64,000 nt of DNA from Pseudomonadota bacterium (GCA_023388955.1 JAEWFH010000025.1:2147-66146); one strand, 5' to 3'. Shown: positions 48,377 through 58,488, numbered from the stretch's first letter. A program made the numbers and translations. Notes: generated by a model from the sequence alone, not told the origin.

Positions 48377-50479
48377 TCAGCTGGGGCAAACCCCTGCCCC
48401 GGCATACTCCGCCTCCTCCTGCCGGGCCAGGAACGCCTCGACCCGGGCCGGGTCGCGGGTGCGCGGAAGCGGGGGCAGCGAGTCCAGGAACACCCGCCCG
48501 TAGCTGCGGCCGGTCAGCCGCGGGTCGCACAGCACCAGCACGCCGCGGTCGCCTTCGGTGCGGATCAGCCGGCCCGCGCCCTGCTTGAGCGCGATCACCG
48601 CCTGCGGCAGCTGTTCGTCGCGGAACGGGTTGCCGCCGTCACGGCGGATCGCGTCCAGCCGGGCCTCGAACACCGGGTCGTCCGGCGCGGCGAAGGGCAG
48701 CTTGTCGATCACCACCACGCCCAGCGCATCCCCGGGCACGTCCACGCCCTCGCGGAAGCTGGCGGTGCCCAGCAAGACACCGTTGCCACTGGCCCGGAAC
48801 CGCTCCAGCAGTACCGGTCGCGGCGCCTCGCCCTGCACGAACAGCGGCCACGGCGCACCGCGCAGCAGGCCGGCGGCCTCGCGCAACGCCCGGTGCGAGG
48901 CGAACAACAGGAAGGCGCGCCCGCCGGAGGCTTCCAGCACCGGCCAGACCGCGCGCACGACCGCCTCGGTATAGCCGGGCGAGGAAGGCTCGGGCATGCG
49001 TGGCGGGAGGTAGCACAGTGCCTGCCGCGGCCAGTCGAACGGACTGGGCGCAAGCAGGGTGCGCGGCTTCGACAGACCCAGCTTGATCGCGAAATGCTCG
49101 AAGCGACCCCCGATCGCCAGCGTCGCCGAGGTGAACACCCACGCGGCCTGCGAGCGCGCGCGGTGCCTCGCCAGCGGCCCGGCCACGTCCAGCGGGGTAC
49201 GGCTGAGGCGGAAGCCACGCGCGGTGAGTTCGTACCAGGTGACGGAGAGGTCCTCCTCCTCCACCAGGGGCCCACGGTCGTCCGGGGGGTCCGTGTCCGC
49301 CGCGTCGTCCACGGCCTCTACGGCCTCCGCGCTCGCATCCTCGCCCGGTTCGACATCACCGCTCCCGCCATCGCGATCGCCGTCCTCCTCCCCGCGCCAG
49401 CGCTGGAGCCGGGTGGCGAAGTCACGTGCCCGCGCGGTGCAACCGTCCAGCCCCGGCGCCGTCTCGCGCACCGGCAGCAGCGCGGCGTGCAGCGTTTCCA
49501 GCGCGGCCGCCAGCCGGTCCAGCGCCTCCTCGATCTCCGAGAGTCCGGCGATCCGCACCCGGGTACCGCGCAGCGGCAGCGGATCCATCGCCGCGCGCAG
49601 GCCGCGGGTGGCCTGCTCGAGCTCGCGCGCGGGGTCCTGCAGCACGGCCAGGACACCCGGCGACTCCTTGGCCTCGGCAACCGCGTCGCGCGCCAGTTCC
49701 ACCAGCGGACGGGCACTGAGCGCCTCCCCGAAGAACTGCGCCGCCAGCTCCGGCAGCTGGTGGGCCTCGTCGATCACGAAGGCCTCCGCGCCGGGCAGGA
49801 TCTCGGCGAACCCCTCCTGGCGCAGCGCCAGGTCGGCCAACAGCAGGTGGTGGTTGACCACCACCAGGTCGGCGGCCTGGGCACGCTGCCGCGCCTGCAC
49901 CACGAAACATTCGGAGAAGAACGGGCAGTCGCTGCCCAGGCAGTTGTCGATGGTGGAAGTCACCATCGGCAGCAGCGGCGAATCGTCGGGCAGGCCCTCC
50001 AGCTCGGCCATGTCGCCCATGCGGGTGCGCCCGGCCCAGGCCACCACGCGCTGGAACTGCGCCGCCACCTCGCGGCTGGCGAAGCGGCCGCCGGCCTTGG
50101 CCTGGTCCAGCCGGTAGTGGCACAGGTAGTTGGCACGCCCCTTGAGCAGGGCGGTCTTCAGCCCCCGCCCGAGCGCGTCGCGCACCCGCGGCAGGTCGCG
50201 GTGGTAGAGCTGGTCCTGCAGCGCGCGGGTACCGGTGGAGACGATGGTCTTGCGTCCCGACAGGATCGCCGGCACCAGGTAGGCGAAGGTCTTGCCGGTG
50301 CCCGTACCGGCCTCGGCCATCAGCACGCCGCGGCCCGCAATCGTCTCGGCGACGGCCGCCGACAGGTCCTGCTGGGAGGGCCGGGGGGCGAAGGCGGCGA
50401 TGTTGCGCGCCAGTTCGCCGCCTTCCTCCAGGGCGGCGCGGCTGGCAACGGCCAGTGGATGCGGGTCGGCGCCTTCCAC
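48377..50479 (-). CDS. yoaA: DinG/YoaA family ATP-dependent DNA helicase
   Basis: EAGTGTGKT, LKGRANYLC, Fe-S cysteines (NCLGSDCP...ECF), DEAH, SFREGVDVPG, KQGAGRLIR. Start approximate (GTG 50479). Confidence 0.9.
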   Translation of the reverse strand: MEGADPHPLAVASRAALEEGGELARNIAAFAPRPSQQDLSAAVAETIAGRGVLMAEAGTGTGKTFAYLVPAILSGRKTIVSTGTRALQDQLYHRDLPRVRDALGRGLKTALLKGRANYLCHYRLDQAKAGGRFASREVAAQFQRVVAWAGRTRMGDMAELEGLPDDSPLLPMVTSTIDNCLGSDCPFFSECFVVQARQRAQAADLVVVNHHLLLADLALRQEGFAEILPGAEAFVIDEAHQLPELAAQFFGEALSARPLVELARDAVAEAKESPGVLAVLQDPARELEQATRGLRAAMDPLPLRGTRVRIAGLSEIEEALDRLAAALETLHAALLPVRETAPGLDGCTARARDFATRLQRWRGEEDGDRDGGSGDVEPGEDASAEAVEAVDDAADTDPPDDRGPLVEEEDLSVTWYELTARGFRLSRTPLDVAGPLARHRARSQAAWVFTSATLAIGGRFEHFAIKLGLSKPRTLLAPSPFDWPRQALCYLPPRMPEPSSPGYTEAVVRAVWPVLEASGGRAFLLFASHRALREAAGLLRGAPWPLFVQGEAPRPVLLERFRASGNGVLLGTASFREGVDVPGDALGVVVIDKLPFAAPDDPVFEARLDAIRRDGGNPFRDEQLPQAVIALKQGAGRLIRTEGDRGVLVLCDPRLTGRSYGRVFLDSLPPLPRTRDPARVEAFLARQEEAEYAGAGVCPS

Positions 50480-50481
50480 GC

Positions 50482-51027
50482 TCAGTAACGCGGCACCGGG
50501 CCGACCGTGCAGGCGTCGCGGCTGTCGCGTGCGCGCGCGGCGACCGGCTCCCACTGCGGGTCGCGGGCGGCATACACCAGCGCGACCTGGTGCAGGGTTT
50601 CCCAATGGCGGCGGCAGTGCGGGCCGACGCCGGTGCCGGCCTCGATCGCGGCACGGGCAAGGCCACGCGCGCCTTCCAGGTCGCGCAGCAGCAGCGCCAG
50701 CTCGGCCCGCTGCTGCAACAGCGACGGGTCGCGCGGCGTCAGTTCCAGTGCCTGGTCGAGGGTGGCGGCGGCCGCTCCGACCTCGCCCGCCTCCAGCTGC
50801 CGCGATGCCTGTGCGCGCAGGTCGGCGACCTGGTTCGCGCCCAGCGGGGTGACGACCAGCTCCTGGGCGTTGCCATCGTGCCCGGCGGTGCGGATCGCCG
50901 CGACCGCGGCGACGGGGTCGAAGGAATCGGCCAGCGGCGCCTGCACCGGTGTGCTCGCGCACCCGGCCAGCAGCGCCGCGGCGGCCACGGCGACCACGGC
51001 CAGAAGCGGGATCCGGTTGTTGCTCAC
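50482..51027 (-). CDS. TPR-containing lipoprotein downstream of PBP1B (LpoP-like)
   Basis: Lipobox LAG-C, TPR-like AAATLDQALELTPRDPSLLQQRAELAL; 4-bp overlap with mrcB stop. Confidence 0.8.
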   Translation of the reverse strand: MSNNRIPLLAVVAVAAAALLAGCASTPVQAPLADSFDPVAAVAAIRTAGHDGNAQELVVTPLGANQVADLRAQASRQLEAGEVGAAAATLDQALELTPRDPSLLQQRAELALLLRDLEGARGLARAAIEAGTGVGPHCRRHWETLHQVALVYAARDPQWEPVAARARDSRDACTVGPVPRY

Positions 51028-53423
51028 TGCCTGTCCTCCGGTTGTTCTTCCCGCCGCCCCTCATCGGAACGGTCCTCGCCGCGGCCGATTCCCAGCCATT
51101 CCAGCAGGCCGCGCCGCTCGCGCTCGACCGGCTCGGGCTCCGGCGGCTGGCACGGCACCCAGGCCGGGGCGAAGTTGGCCACGAAGGCGAACCGCCGTGC
51201 ACCCGGGCACCCTGCGTCGGTGACGTTGGAGCCGACCACCCAGCGCCAGTCCACGCCTTCCTCGCCCGCCTCCAGCGTGCTGGTGGGCAGCTTGGCGAAC
51301 AGCTGCGACCACACCCGCATCGCACCGGTGGAGCCGTACAGGCCGGTCGGTTCGTTGTCGTCGTTGCCGACCCAGGCCACCGCCAGGTGGTCGCCGGTGT
51401 AGCCGGCGAACCAGCTGTCGCGGCTGTCGTTGCTGGTGCCGGTCTTGCCGGCTGCCTCCAGCCCGCCCAATCCGTCGGCGACCAGGCGCCGGCCGGTACC
51501 CGAGCGCACCGCTTCCTGCAGGGCGATGGTGGTCAGGCGCGCGGCGATCGCATCGCTCTCGTTGGCCGGGGCCGGTGGCTGGTCGTAGCGGTTGAGCGCC
51601 CGGCCCTCGCCATCGAGCACCCCGCGGACCGCGCGCAGCGGCTGGATCTCGCCGCCGGAAGCGACGAACTGGTACAGCTGCGCCATCGCGTACGGGCTCT
51701 GGTCGGTCGAACCGAGGATCAGCGACGGGTTGGCCGTCACCTTCAGCCCGGCCAGGTCCTGCAGCAGGCCGGCGATCACCGCCGGACCCACCTCCATGCC
51801 GACCCGCACCGTCGCCTGGTTGTAGGAGTGCGCCAGCGCGTCGATCAGCCGCACGCTGCCGTGGCTCCTGCCGTCCGAGTTGCCCGGGCTCCAGACCTGG
51901 CCGTTGTCCAGGGTGATGCTGACCGGGCTGTCGTCGACCCAGCTGGCCAACGACCACTCGCGCGGGTTGGCCAGCGCCATCAGGTAGACGAAGGGCTTGA
52001 TCAGCGAGCCGACCGGCCGCTGCGCCTCGATCGCGCGGTTGAAGCCATGGGCGGCGGGGGTGCCGCTGCCGACCACCGCCAGGATCTCGCCCTGGTGCAC
52101 GTCGGTCAGCACCAGCGCGGCCTCCAGGTCGGGACGGCTGTCGCTGGCCAGCGACTTCAGGGTGCCGGCCACCGCGCCTTCGGCATAGGCCTGGGCGGAC
52201 GGCGACATGGCGGTCATCACCGCCAGCCCGGCGCCGGCCAGGGCGTCGGTGGTGTAGTCGTTGGCCAGGTGCCTGCGGACCACGTCGACATAGGCCGGGA
52301 AGCGGTTGGCGCTGGTGGTTCCCGGGCGCGGGGTGACGCCCAGCGGGGCCTCCAGCGCACGCTGGTATTCCGCATCCGATATCAGGCCGGTCTCGTGCAT
52401 CTCGCCGAGCACGAAGTCACGCCGTGCCTGCGCCCGCTCCGGATGCCGCCGCGGGTCGTAGTAGGACGGGCCGCGCACCACGCCGATCAGCATCGCGATG
52501 TGTTCGGTGGACAGCTCGTCCAGGTCGCGGCCGAACCAGAACTCCGCCGCCGCCGACACGCCGTGGATCGCCTGCGAGCCGCGCTGGCCCCAGTACACCT
52601 GGTTGAAATAGGCCTCCAGGATGGCCTGCTTGTCGTAGCGGGCCTCGATCAGCACCGCATAGATCATCTCGTTGATCTTGCGGGTCCACGTCTGCTCGCG
52701 GCCGATCCCGAGCAGGCCGCTGCGGGCCAGCTGCTGGGTCAGCGTGCTGGCGCCCTGGCGCTTCTCGCCGGCCTTCAGGTTGACCCACAGCGCGCGCATG
52801 ATGCCGCTGAGGTCCAGGCCGTGGTGGTGGGCGAAATCGCGGTCTTCCACCGCCTGCAGGCCGGTGACCAGCAGCTCGGGGACCTCGTGCAGCTGCACCA
52901 GCCGGCGCTCTTCCTGCTGCTGCCCGTACAGGGTGGCGATGCGGGCCGGGTCCAGCCGGGTGGAGGCGAGGGCCTCGCCGCCGGCCTCGCGCAGCCTGGA
53001 GACCTGGCCCCCGCCCACCGCCAGCTCGACCTGGCGCGGCGCCACCGCACCGGCGACGTCGTTGAAGCCACGGCTGGAAATCTTCCACTGCGCGCCTTCG
53101 CGCAGGTAGGTGCCGGGGCGCACGCCATCGGCTTCCTGGTAGCCGGCGGCATCCAGCTCGGTCTTGAGCGTGGCCGAGTCCATCGGCATGCCGGAGGCCA
53201 GTTCCAGCGGGCGTGCGTAGACGCGCGTGGGCAGCTGCCAGCGCAACTGGTCGAAACGCTCGCTTACCTCGTGGTTGAGGTAGAGCGTGTACGGCACCAG
53301 GAAGCCCGCCACCAGGCCGGCCGCCGCCAGCACCCAGGTGAGGATGCGCCGCGGCCACGGTGACGGGTGGTCGGGGTCCTTCGGAACGGGATCGCGCTCG
53401 GGGTTCGTTCGGGTTCGCGCCAC
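51024..53423 (-). CDS. mrcB: Penicillin-binding protein 1B
   Basis: TM, UB2H-like region, GT motifs EDRDF..HHG, GASTLTQQL, RKINE; TP motifs SLIK, SYN, KTGT. Start approximate. Confidence 0.93.
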   Translation of the reverse strand: MARTRTNPERDPVPKDPDHPSPWPRRILTWVLAAAGLVAGFLVPYTLYLNHEVSERFDQLRWQLPTRVYARPLELASGMPMDSATLKTELDAAGYQEADGVRPGTYLREGAQWKISSRGFNDVAGAVAPRQVELAVGGGQVSRLREAGGEALASTRLDPARIATLYGQQQEERRLVQLHEVPELLVTGLQAVEDRDFAHHHGLDLSGIMRALWVNLKAGEKRQGASTLTQQLARSGLLGIGREQTWTRKINEMIYAVLIEARYDKQAILEAYFNQVYWGQRGSQAIHGVSAAAEFWFGRDLDELSTEHIAMLIGVVRGPSYYDPRRHPERAQARRDFVLGEMHETGLISDAEYQRALEAPLGVTPRPGTTSANRFPAYVDVVRRHLANDYTTDALAGAGLAVMTAMSPSAQAYAEGAVAGTLKSLASDSRPDLEAALVLTDVHQGEILAVVGSGTPAAHGFNRAIEAQRPVGSLIKPFVYLMALANPREWSLASWVDDSPVSITLDNGQVWSPGNSDGRSHGSVRLIDALAHSYNQATVRVGMEVGPAVIAGLLQDLAGLKVTANPSLILGSTDQSPYAMAQLYQFVASGGEIQPLRAVRGVLDGEGRALNRYDQPPAPANESDAIAARLTTIALQEAVRSGTGRRLVADGLGGLEAAGKTGTSNDSRDSWFAGYTGDHLAVAWVGNDDNEPTGLYGSTGAMRVWSQLFAKLPTSTLEAGEEGVDWRWVVGSNVTDAGCPGARRFAFVANFAPAWVPCQPPEPEPVERERRGLLEWLGIGRGEDRSDEGRREEQPEDRQ

Positions 53424-53580
53424 GGCCAAGCCAGGAATGTCAGGGCCGTGCCCCAGGTGGTCCCGGAGTCTATCGCAGCGGCGGTGAGGCACCCCATGCC
53501 TATCGCGGCATGGCCGGCACCGGTTCATGCGCGCGGGCGCCTATCATTGCCGGTCCACCCGACGCCGGACCGCTGCCTGG

Positions 53581-55674
53581 ATGCCGATTTCCACGGCCGA
53601 CCTGAGATTCCTGATCGACCGTGCGACCGGCCTGGCCTGGCGCGGCCTGTCCAGCCTGCGCAGCCGCGGACTGCGCCCGACCCTGGAGCGGGTGGCGCGG
53701 CAGCTGCGCCCGGTCCCGGTTGCGCGCCGGGGTCGCATCTGGATGCCTGGCGAGCAGGCCTTCGCCCCCTTCGCGATGCCCTGCAGCGACGCGCCCCGTG
53801 CCAGCGTGGTGATCCCGGTGTTCAACCAGTCCGCGCACACGGTGCGCTGCCTGCGCGCCCTGGCCGCGCACCCGCCAACCGCCCCGGTGGAGGTGATCGT
53901 CGTCGATGACGGCTCCAGCGACGACACCCTGGCACTGCTGCGCCAGGTCGAGGGCCTGCGCCTGCACCCGCGCCCGGCCAACGGCGGCTTCATCGCCGCC
54001 TGCAACGACGGCCTGGCGCTGGCGCGGGGGGAGTACGTGGTCTTCCTCAACAACGACACCGTGCCGCAGCCGGGCTGGCTGGACACGCTGCTGGATACCT
54101 TCGCGGCCGAACCGGGCACCGGGATCGCCGGCGCCCGGCTGCTGTACCCGGACGGGCGGCTGCAGGAGGCCGGCGGTGCGATCTACCGCGACGGTTCCGC
54201 CGACAAGCTCGGCCGGCTGCGCGAACCGGCCCATCCGGCCTTCTCGTACCTGCGCCGGGTCGACTACTGCTCCGGTGCGGCGATCGCCCTGCCACGCGCA
54301 TTGATGCGGGAGCTGGGCGGCTTCGACACCCACTACGCACCGGCGTTCTACGAAGACACCGACCTGGCGATGAAGATCCGCGCGCGCGGGCTGCAGGTGC
54401 TGTGCAACCCGTTTTCCGAAGTGGTGCACGTGGAAGGCGCGACCGCCGGCACCGACACCCGGCACGGGGTGAAGGCGCACCAGGTCGTCAACCAGCAGCG
54501 CTTTGCCGGACGCTGGACCGATGCGCTGGCCGGGCACCCCGCCCCGGGCGCCCCGGAAACCACGCTCACCGACCGCCTGTACGGTCGCACTGTGCTGGTG
54601 GTGGACGCGCTGACCCCGCGCCCGGACCGCGACTCGGGCTCGATGCGGCTGGTCAACCTGATGCGGCTGCTGCGCGAGGAAGGTGCGCACGTGGTCTTCG
54701 CTGCCGCCGACCGCGCCCACGACGGCGAGTACACCCAAGCCCTGCAGCGGCTGGGCATCGAGGCCTGGCACGCACCGCAGATGGCGCGCTGGCCGGCCTG
54801 GCTGCGCGAGCATGGTCCGCGCTTCGACCTCGCCCTGGTCAGCCGCCACTACGTCATGCGCGAGATGCTGCCGCTGCTGCGCCGCCATGCACCCCGGGCG
54901 AAGCTGGTGTTCGACAGCGTCGACCTGCACTACCTGCGCGAGCGCCGTGGCGCGGAGGTATCCGGCGGTGCCGCCGCCCTGCGGGCGGCCAACCGCACCC
55001 GCGCGCTGGAGCTGGACGTCATCGGGCGCAGCGACGCGACCCTGGTGGTCAGCGGGGTGGAGCGCGCGCTGCTGGCCGAAGACGCGCCCGATGCCCGGGT
55101 CGAGGTGCTGTCCAACCTGCACGAACCCGGCGGCGAAGGCCGGCCGCTGGAGCAGCGCCGGGACGTGATGTTCGTCGGCGGCTTCCGCCATCCGCCCAAC
55201 GTGGACGCGGTGCTGTGGTTCGCCACGGAAATCTGGCCGCGGGTGCTGGAGCGGCGCCCCGACGCCATCTTCCACTGCATTGGCGGCGACGTGCCAGCCC
55301 CCATCGCCGCTCTGGCCGGGCAACCCGGCGTGCGCATCCACGGCCACGTGCCCGACCTGGCGCCGTGGCTGGAGGGCTGCCGGGTCGCGGTCGCGCCGCT
55401 GCGCTATGGCGCCGGGGTCAAGGGCAAGGTCAACCAGCCGATGGCCCACGGCCTGCCGGTGGTGGCGACCCACTGCGCGGTGGAGGGCATGCACCTGCTG
55501 CCTGGCGAGGACGTGATGCTGGCCGGCGAGGCGGACAGCTTCGCCGCGGCCGTCCTGCAACTGTTCGACGACGACGCCCTGTGGCGGCGCCTGTCGGCGA
55601 ACGGACGCGAGAACGTGCGCCGGCACTTCTCCCCCGATGCCGCGCGCGCCGTGGTCCGCCAGCTGCTGGCCTGA
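53581..55674 (+). CDS. Bifunctional GT2 + GT4-type glycosyltransferase
   Basis: SVVIPVFN, VVDDGSSD, FLNNDT, FYEDTDL (GT2); FVGGFRHPPNVDA, APLRYGAGVKGK (GT4-like). Confidence 0.9.
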   Translation: MPISTADLRFLIDRATGLAWRGLSSLRSRGLRPTLERVARQLRPVPVARRGRIWMPGEQAFAPFAMPCSDAPRASVVIPVFNQSAHTVRCLRALAAHPPTAPVEVIVVDDGSSDDTLALLRQVEGLRLHPRPANGGFIAACNDGLALARGEYVVFLNNDTVPQPGWLDTLLDTFAAEPGTGIAGARLLYPDGRLQEAGGAIYRDGSADKLGRLREPAHPAFSYLRRVDYCSGAAIALPRALMRELGGFDTHYAPAFYEDTDLAMKIRARGLQVLCNPFSEVVHVEGATAGTDTRHGVKAHQVVNQQRFAGRWTDALAGHPAPGAPETTLTDRLYGRTVLVVDALTPRPDRDSGSMRLVNLMRLLREEGAHVVFAAADRAHDGEYTQALQRLGIEAWHAPQMARWPAWLREHGPRFDLALVSRHYVMREMLPLLRRHAPRAKLVFDSVDLHYLRERRGAEVSGGAAALRAANRTRALELDVIGRSDATLVVSGVERALLAEDAPDARVEVLSNLHEPGGEGRPLEQRRDVMFVGGFRHPPNVDAVLWFATEIWPRVLERRPDAIFHCIGGDVPAPIAALAGQPGVRIHGHVPDLAPWLEGCRVAVAPLRYGAGVKGKVNQPMAHGLPVVATHCAVEGMHLLPGEDVMLAGEADSFAAAVLQLFDDDALWRRLSANGRENVRRHFSPDAARAVVRQLLA

Positions 55675-55686
55675 GCCGGCGCCCGC

Positions 55687-57849
55687 TCAGGCGCGCCGCG
55701 CCTCCTCCACGCCCGCCAGCCCGGAGAAACGCCCCAGCAACGTCGACAACTGGCCGAAGTCGGACACCTTCAGCCGCATCCGGATCCGCACCCGGGCTCC
55801 GTTGCGCTCGGAATCGGTGTTGACCGAAAGCAGATGCACGTTGGCCTGCGCGATCAGGTTGGTGATTTCCTTGAGCAGCCACTTGCGGTCGACCGCGACC
55901 ACCTCGACGTCGACCTGGTAGCCGCCGCGTGCGCTGCCCCACTCCACCTCCAGCACCCGCTCCGGATGCCCGTCCTCCAGCCGCCGCAGGGTGGCGCAGG
56001 AGGCACGGTGTACGGTCACCCCCCGGCCCCGGGTCAGGTAGCCGGCGATGGCATCGCCCGGTACCGGCTGGCAGCAGCGCGCCATCTGCACCAGCAGGTT
56101 GTCGACGCCCTGGACAGTGAACGCATCGGAGTGGGCCCGCGCCGGCCCGCTGGACTTCGACACCGGCACTGCGGGTGCGACCGGCTCGGGCGCGTTGCGC
56201 GCGCGTTCGTGCTCGGCCAACAGGCGCCCGATCTGGTGCGGACCCAGGTCGCCCAGGGCGACCAGCACGTACAGCTCGCCTTCGCCGTCGAGGTGGAAGC
56301 GCTCGCAGGCCGGCCCCAGGTCGGCGCCGAGCAGGCCCAGCCGCCGCAGTTCCTTGTCCAGCAGTTCCTTGCCCTCGGCCTCGTTGCGGGCCCGGTCGAG
56401 CTTGTGGAACCAGGCGCGCACCTTCTCCCGCGAGCGGCTGCTGGCCAGGAAGCCGTTGGATTCCAGCAGCCAGTCGCGGCGCGGCTCACCGGTCTTCGCG
56501 GTCATGATCTCGACCCGGTCACCGCTCTGCAGGCGGTGGTTGAGTGGCACGATGCGGCCGTCGACCTTGGCCCCGCGGCAGCGGTGGCCGACCTCGGTAT
56601 GCACCCGGTAGGCGAAGTCCAGCGGCGTGGCGCCGGCCGGCAGGTCGATCACCTCCCCGCGCGGGGTGAGCACGTAGATGCGCTCCTCGACCAGCTCGGT
56701 GTCCAGCTCGCCGGCCAGGATCGCGTCGTCGGTGCCGCCGCCGGATTCCAGCAGCCGGCGCATCCAGGCCACCTTGCGCTCCAGCGCCGCATCGGCACCG
56801 CCACCTTCCTTGTACTTCCAGTGCGCGGCCACGCCCATCTCGGCCTGGCGGTGCATGTCGAAGGTGCGGATCTGCACCTCCAGGGTCTTGCCCTCCGGCC
56901 CGACCACCGCGGTGTGCAGCGAGCGGTAGTCGTTGGGCTTGGGCCGGGCGATGTAGTCGTCGAACTCGCTGGGGATCGGCATCCAGGTCGCGTGCACCAC
57001 CCCCAGGGCGGCGTAACAGGCGGCGACGTCGTCGACCAGGATCCGCACCGCGCGCAGGTCGTAGAGCTCGCCGATGGGCGCCTGCTTGCGCTGCATCTTC
57101 CGCCAGATGCTGTAGATGTGTTTGGGCCGTCCGGCCACCTCGGCGCGGATGCCATGGCCGGCCATGGCGGCATCAAGGGTGCCGATGACCTCGCGGATGT
57201 AGCGCTCGCGGTCGGCGCGCTTTTCGTCCAGCAGCCGCGCGATCTGCTTGTAGGTGTCGCCGTGCAGGTGGCGGAAGGCCAGGTCCTCCAGCTGCCACTT
57301 CAGCTGCCAGATGCCGAGGCGGTTGGCCAGCGGGGCATGGATGTCGCGGGCCAGCCGGGCCAGTGCCAGCCGCCTCTCCTCCGGCAGCGCCATCGCGTGT
57401 TGCATCCGCGCCAGCTGCCGGGCCAGCAGGATCGGCACCACCCGCAGGTCGCGCACCATGGCCAGCAGCAACCGGCGCAGGCCCTCGCTGCCGGCGCCGT
57501 GGTGGTGCTCCTCGCGCTCGGCGTGCAACGCCCACACCGGGGACGCGGCGCGCTGCCCCTCCAGCAAGCCGGCGATGCGCGGATACTCGCGTTCCAGCGC
57601 CTCCCCGCCCAGGGCCTCCAGCATCCGCGGCCAGGTGTGCAGCAGGGCCGCGGCGAGGGTGTCGCCATCGGCATCCAGCAGCGCCAGCGCCTCCAGCATC
57701 GCCGCGACCACCTCCGGCGGATCATGCGCGTCCGCCGTGGCATCCGCGGCGGTGGCCGCCACGCGCATGCGCTCCAGCAGTGCGGGCGGGATCCGGTTGG
57801 CGGGAGGGCGTTCCAGCAGGGCGGAAAGGTCGGGGGCGGGAGCGCTCAT
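55687..57849 (-). CDS. relA: (p)ppGpp synthetase RelA
   Basis: Degenerate HD domain, APLANRLGIWQLKW, GRPKHIYSI, EFDDY, YRSLHT, EVQIRT, HWKYK; TGS, Cys-rich and ACT domains. Confidence 0.93.
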   Translation of the reverse strand: MSAPAPDLSALLERPPANRIPPALLERMRVAATAADATADAHDPPEVVAAMLEALALLDADGDTLAAALLHTWPRMLEALGGEALEREYPRIAGLLEGQRAASPVWALHAEREEHHHGAGSEGLRRLLLAMVRDLRVVPILLARQLARMQHAMALPEERRLALARLARDIHAPLANRLGIWQLKWQLEDLAFRHLHGDTYKQIARLLDEKRADRERYIREVIGTLDAAMAGHGIRAEVAGRPKHIYSIWRKMQRKQAPIGELYDLRAVRILVDDVAACYAALGVVHATWMPIPSEFDDYIARPKPNDYRSLHTAVVGPEGKTLEVQIRTFDMHRQAEMGVAAHWKYKEGGGADAALERKVAWMRRLLESGGGTDDAILAGELDTELVEERIYVLTPRGEVIDLPAGATPLDFAYRVHTEVGHRCRGAKVDGRIVPLNHRLQSGDRVEIMTAKTGEPRRDWLLESNGFLASSRSREKVRAWFHKLDRARNEAEGKELLDKELRRLGLLGADLGPACERFHLDGEGELYVLVALGDLGPHQIGRLLAEHERARNAPEPVAPAVPVSKSSGPARAHSDAFTVQGVDNLLVQMARCCQPVPGDAIAGYLTRGRGVTVHRASCATLRRLEDGHPERVLEVEWGSARGGYQVDVEVVAVDRKWLLKEITNLIAQANVHLLSVNTDSERNGARVRIRMRLKVSDFGQLSTLLGRFSGLAGVEEARRA

Positions 57850-57924
57850 TGCGAGCCGGGGCGTGTACCGGGCGGTGGGAATGTATGCCTACACTAGCCG
57901 CCCACCGTCTGCAGGAACAGTTCG

Positions 57925-58434
57925 ATGCGTGACTACCGCCTACTTCCGCCCCGCCTTCGCCTGCCACTGCTTGCGGTGGCGCTGGCTGCCGCGTTGCCCG
58001 CGGCCGCCCAACAACCCGGGGTCCCGATCGAGCGGCAGATGACCGCCGAGGAATTCATGGCCGCAGGGCTGCACAAACTGGAGCCGACCGAGCTGGCACG
58101 GCTGAACGAATGGTTGGGGCACGCCGTCAAGGAGGAGTCCCGCCGGGTGGCCGAGCGCACCGAGGAGCGGGTCGTGCAGGAGCGCCGTGGCTTCCTTTCC
58201 GCACGGAGCGGGGAGCAGGTGGAGGCCCGGCTGGATGGCCGTTTCGATGGTTTCGGCAAGGGTCGCCGTTTCCGCCTGGAGAACGGGCAGGTGTGGGTGC
58301 AGACGGATGCGGCGACGCTGCCCGGGGTAAGCCTCGACAGTCCGGCCGTCACCATCGCCCCCGGGATGCTTGGCGTCTGGTACATGCGCGTGGACGGGTA
58401 CAACACGCGGGCCAAGGTGGAGCGGGTGGAGTAG
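57925..58434 (+). CDS. Exported protein of unknown function
   Basis: Signal peptide (AAA-Q); MTAEEFMAAGLHKL, FRLENGQVWVQT, AKVERVE. Confidence 0.8.
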   Translation: MRDYRLLPPRLRLPLLAVALAAALPAAAQQPGVPIERQMTAEEFMAAGLHKLEPTELARLNEWLGHAVKEESRRVAERTEERVVQERRGFLSARSGEQVEARLDGRFDGFGKGRRFRLENGQVWVQTDAATLPGVSLDSPAVTIAPGMLGVWYMRVDGYNTRAKVERVE

Positions 58435-58450
58435 GACGGGACGCCGAGGG

Positions 58451-58488
58451 CCCTCACCCCGGCCCCTCTCCCACCTGCGGGAGAGGGG
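58451..58488. repeat. BoxC-like extragenic palindromic element
   Basis: CCCTCACCCCGG-CCCCTCTCCC-ACCTGC-GGGAGAGGGG between convergent genes. Confidence 0.75.

Noticed and set aside
49250..49400. Acidic insertion in YoaA
   Set aside because: Low-complexity loop with no repeat or intein features; variable loops are common in DinG-family helicases.
55687..57849. Degenerate HD motif in relA as a sign of pseudogenisation
   Set aside because: An inactive hydrolase domain is normal for RelA, and the ORF is intact.
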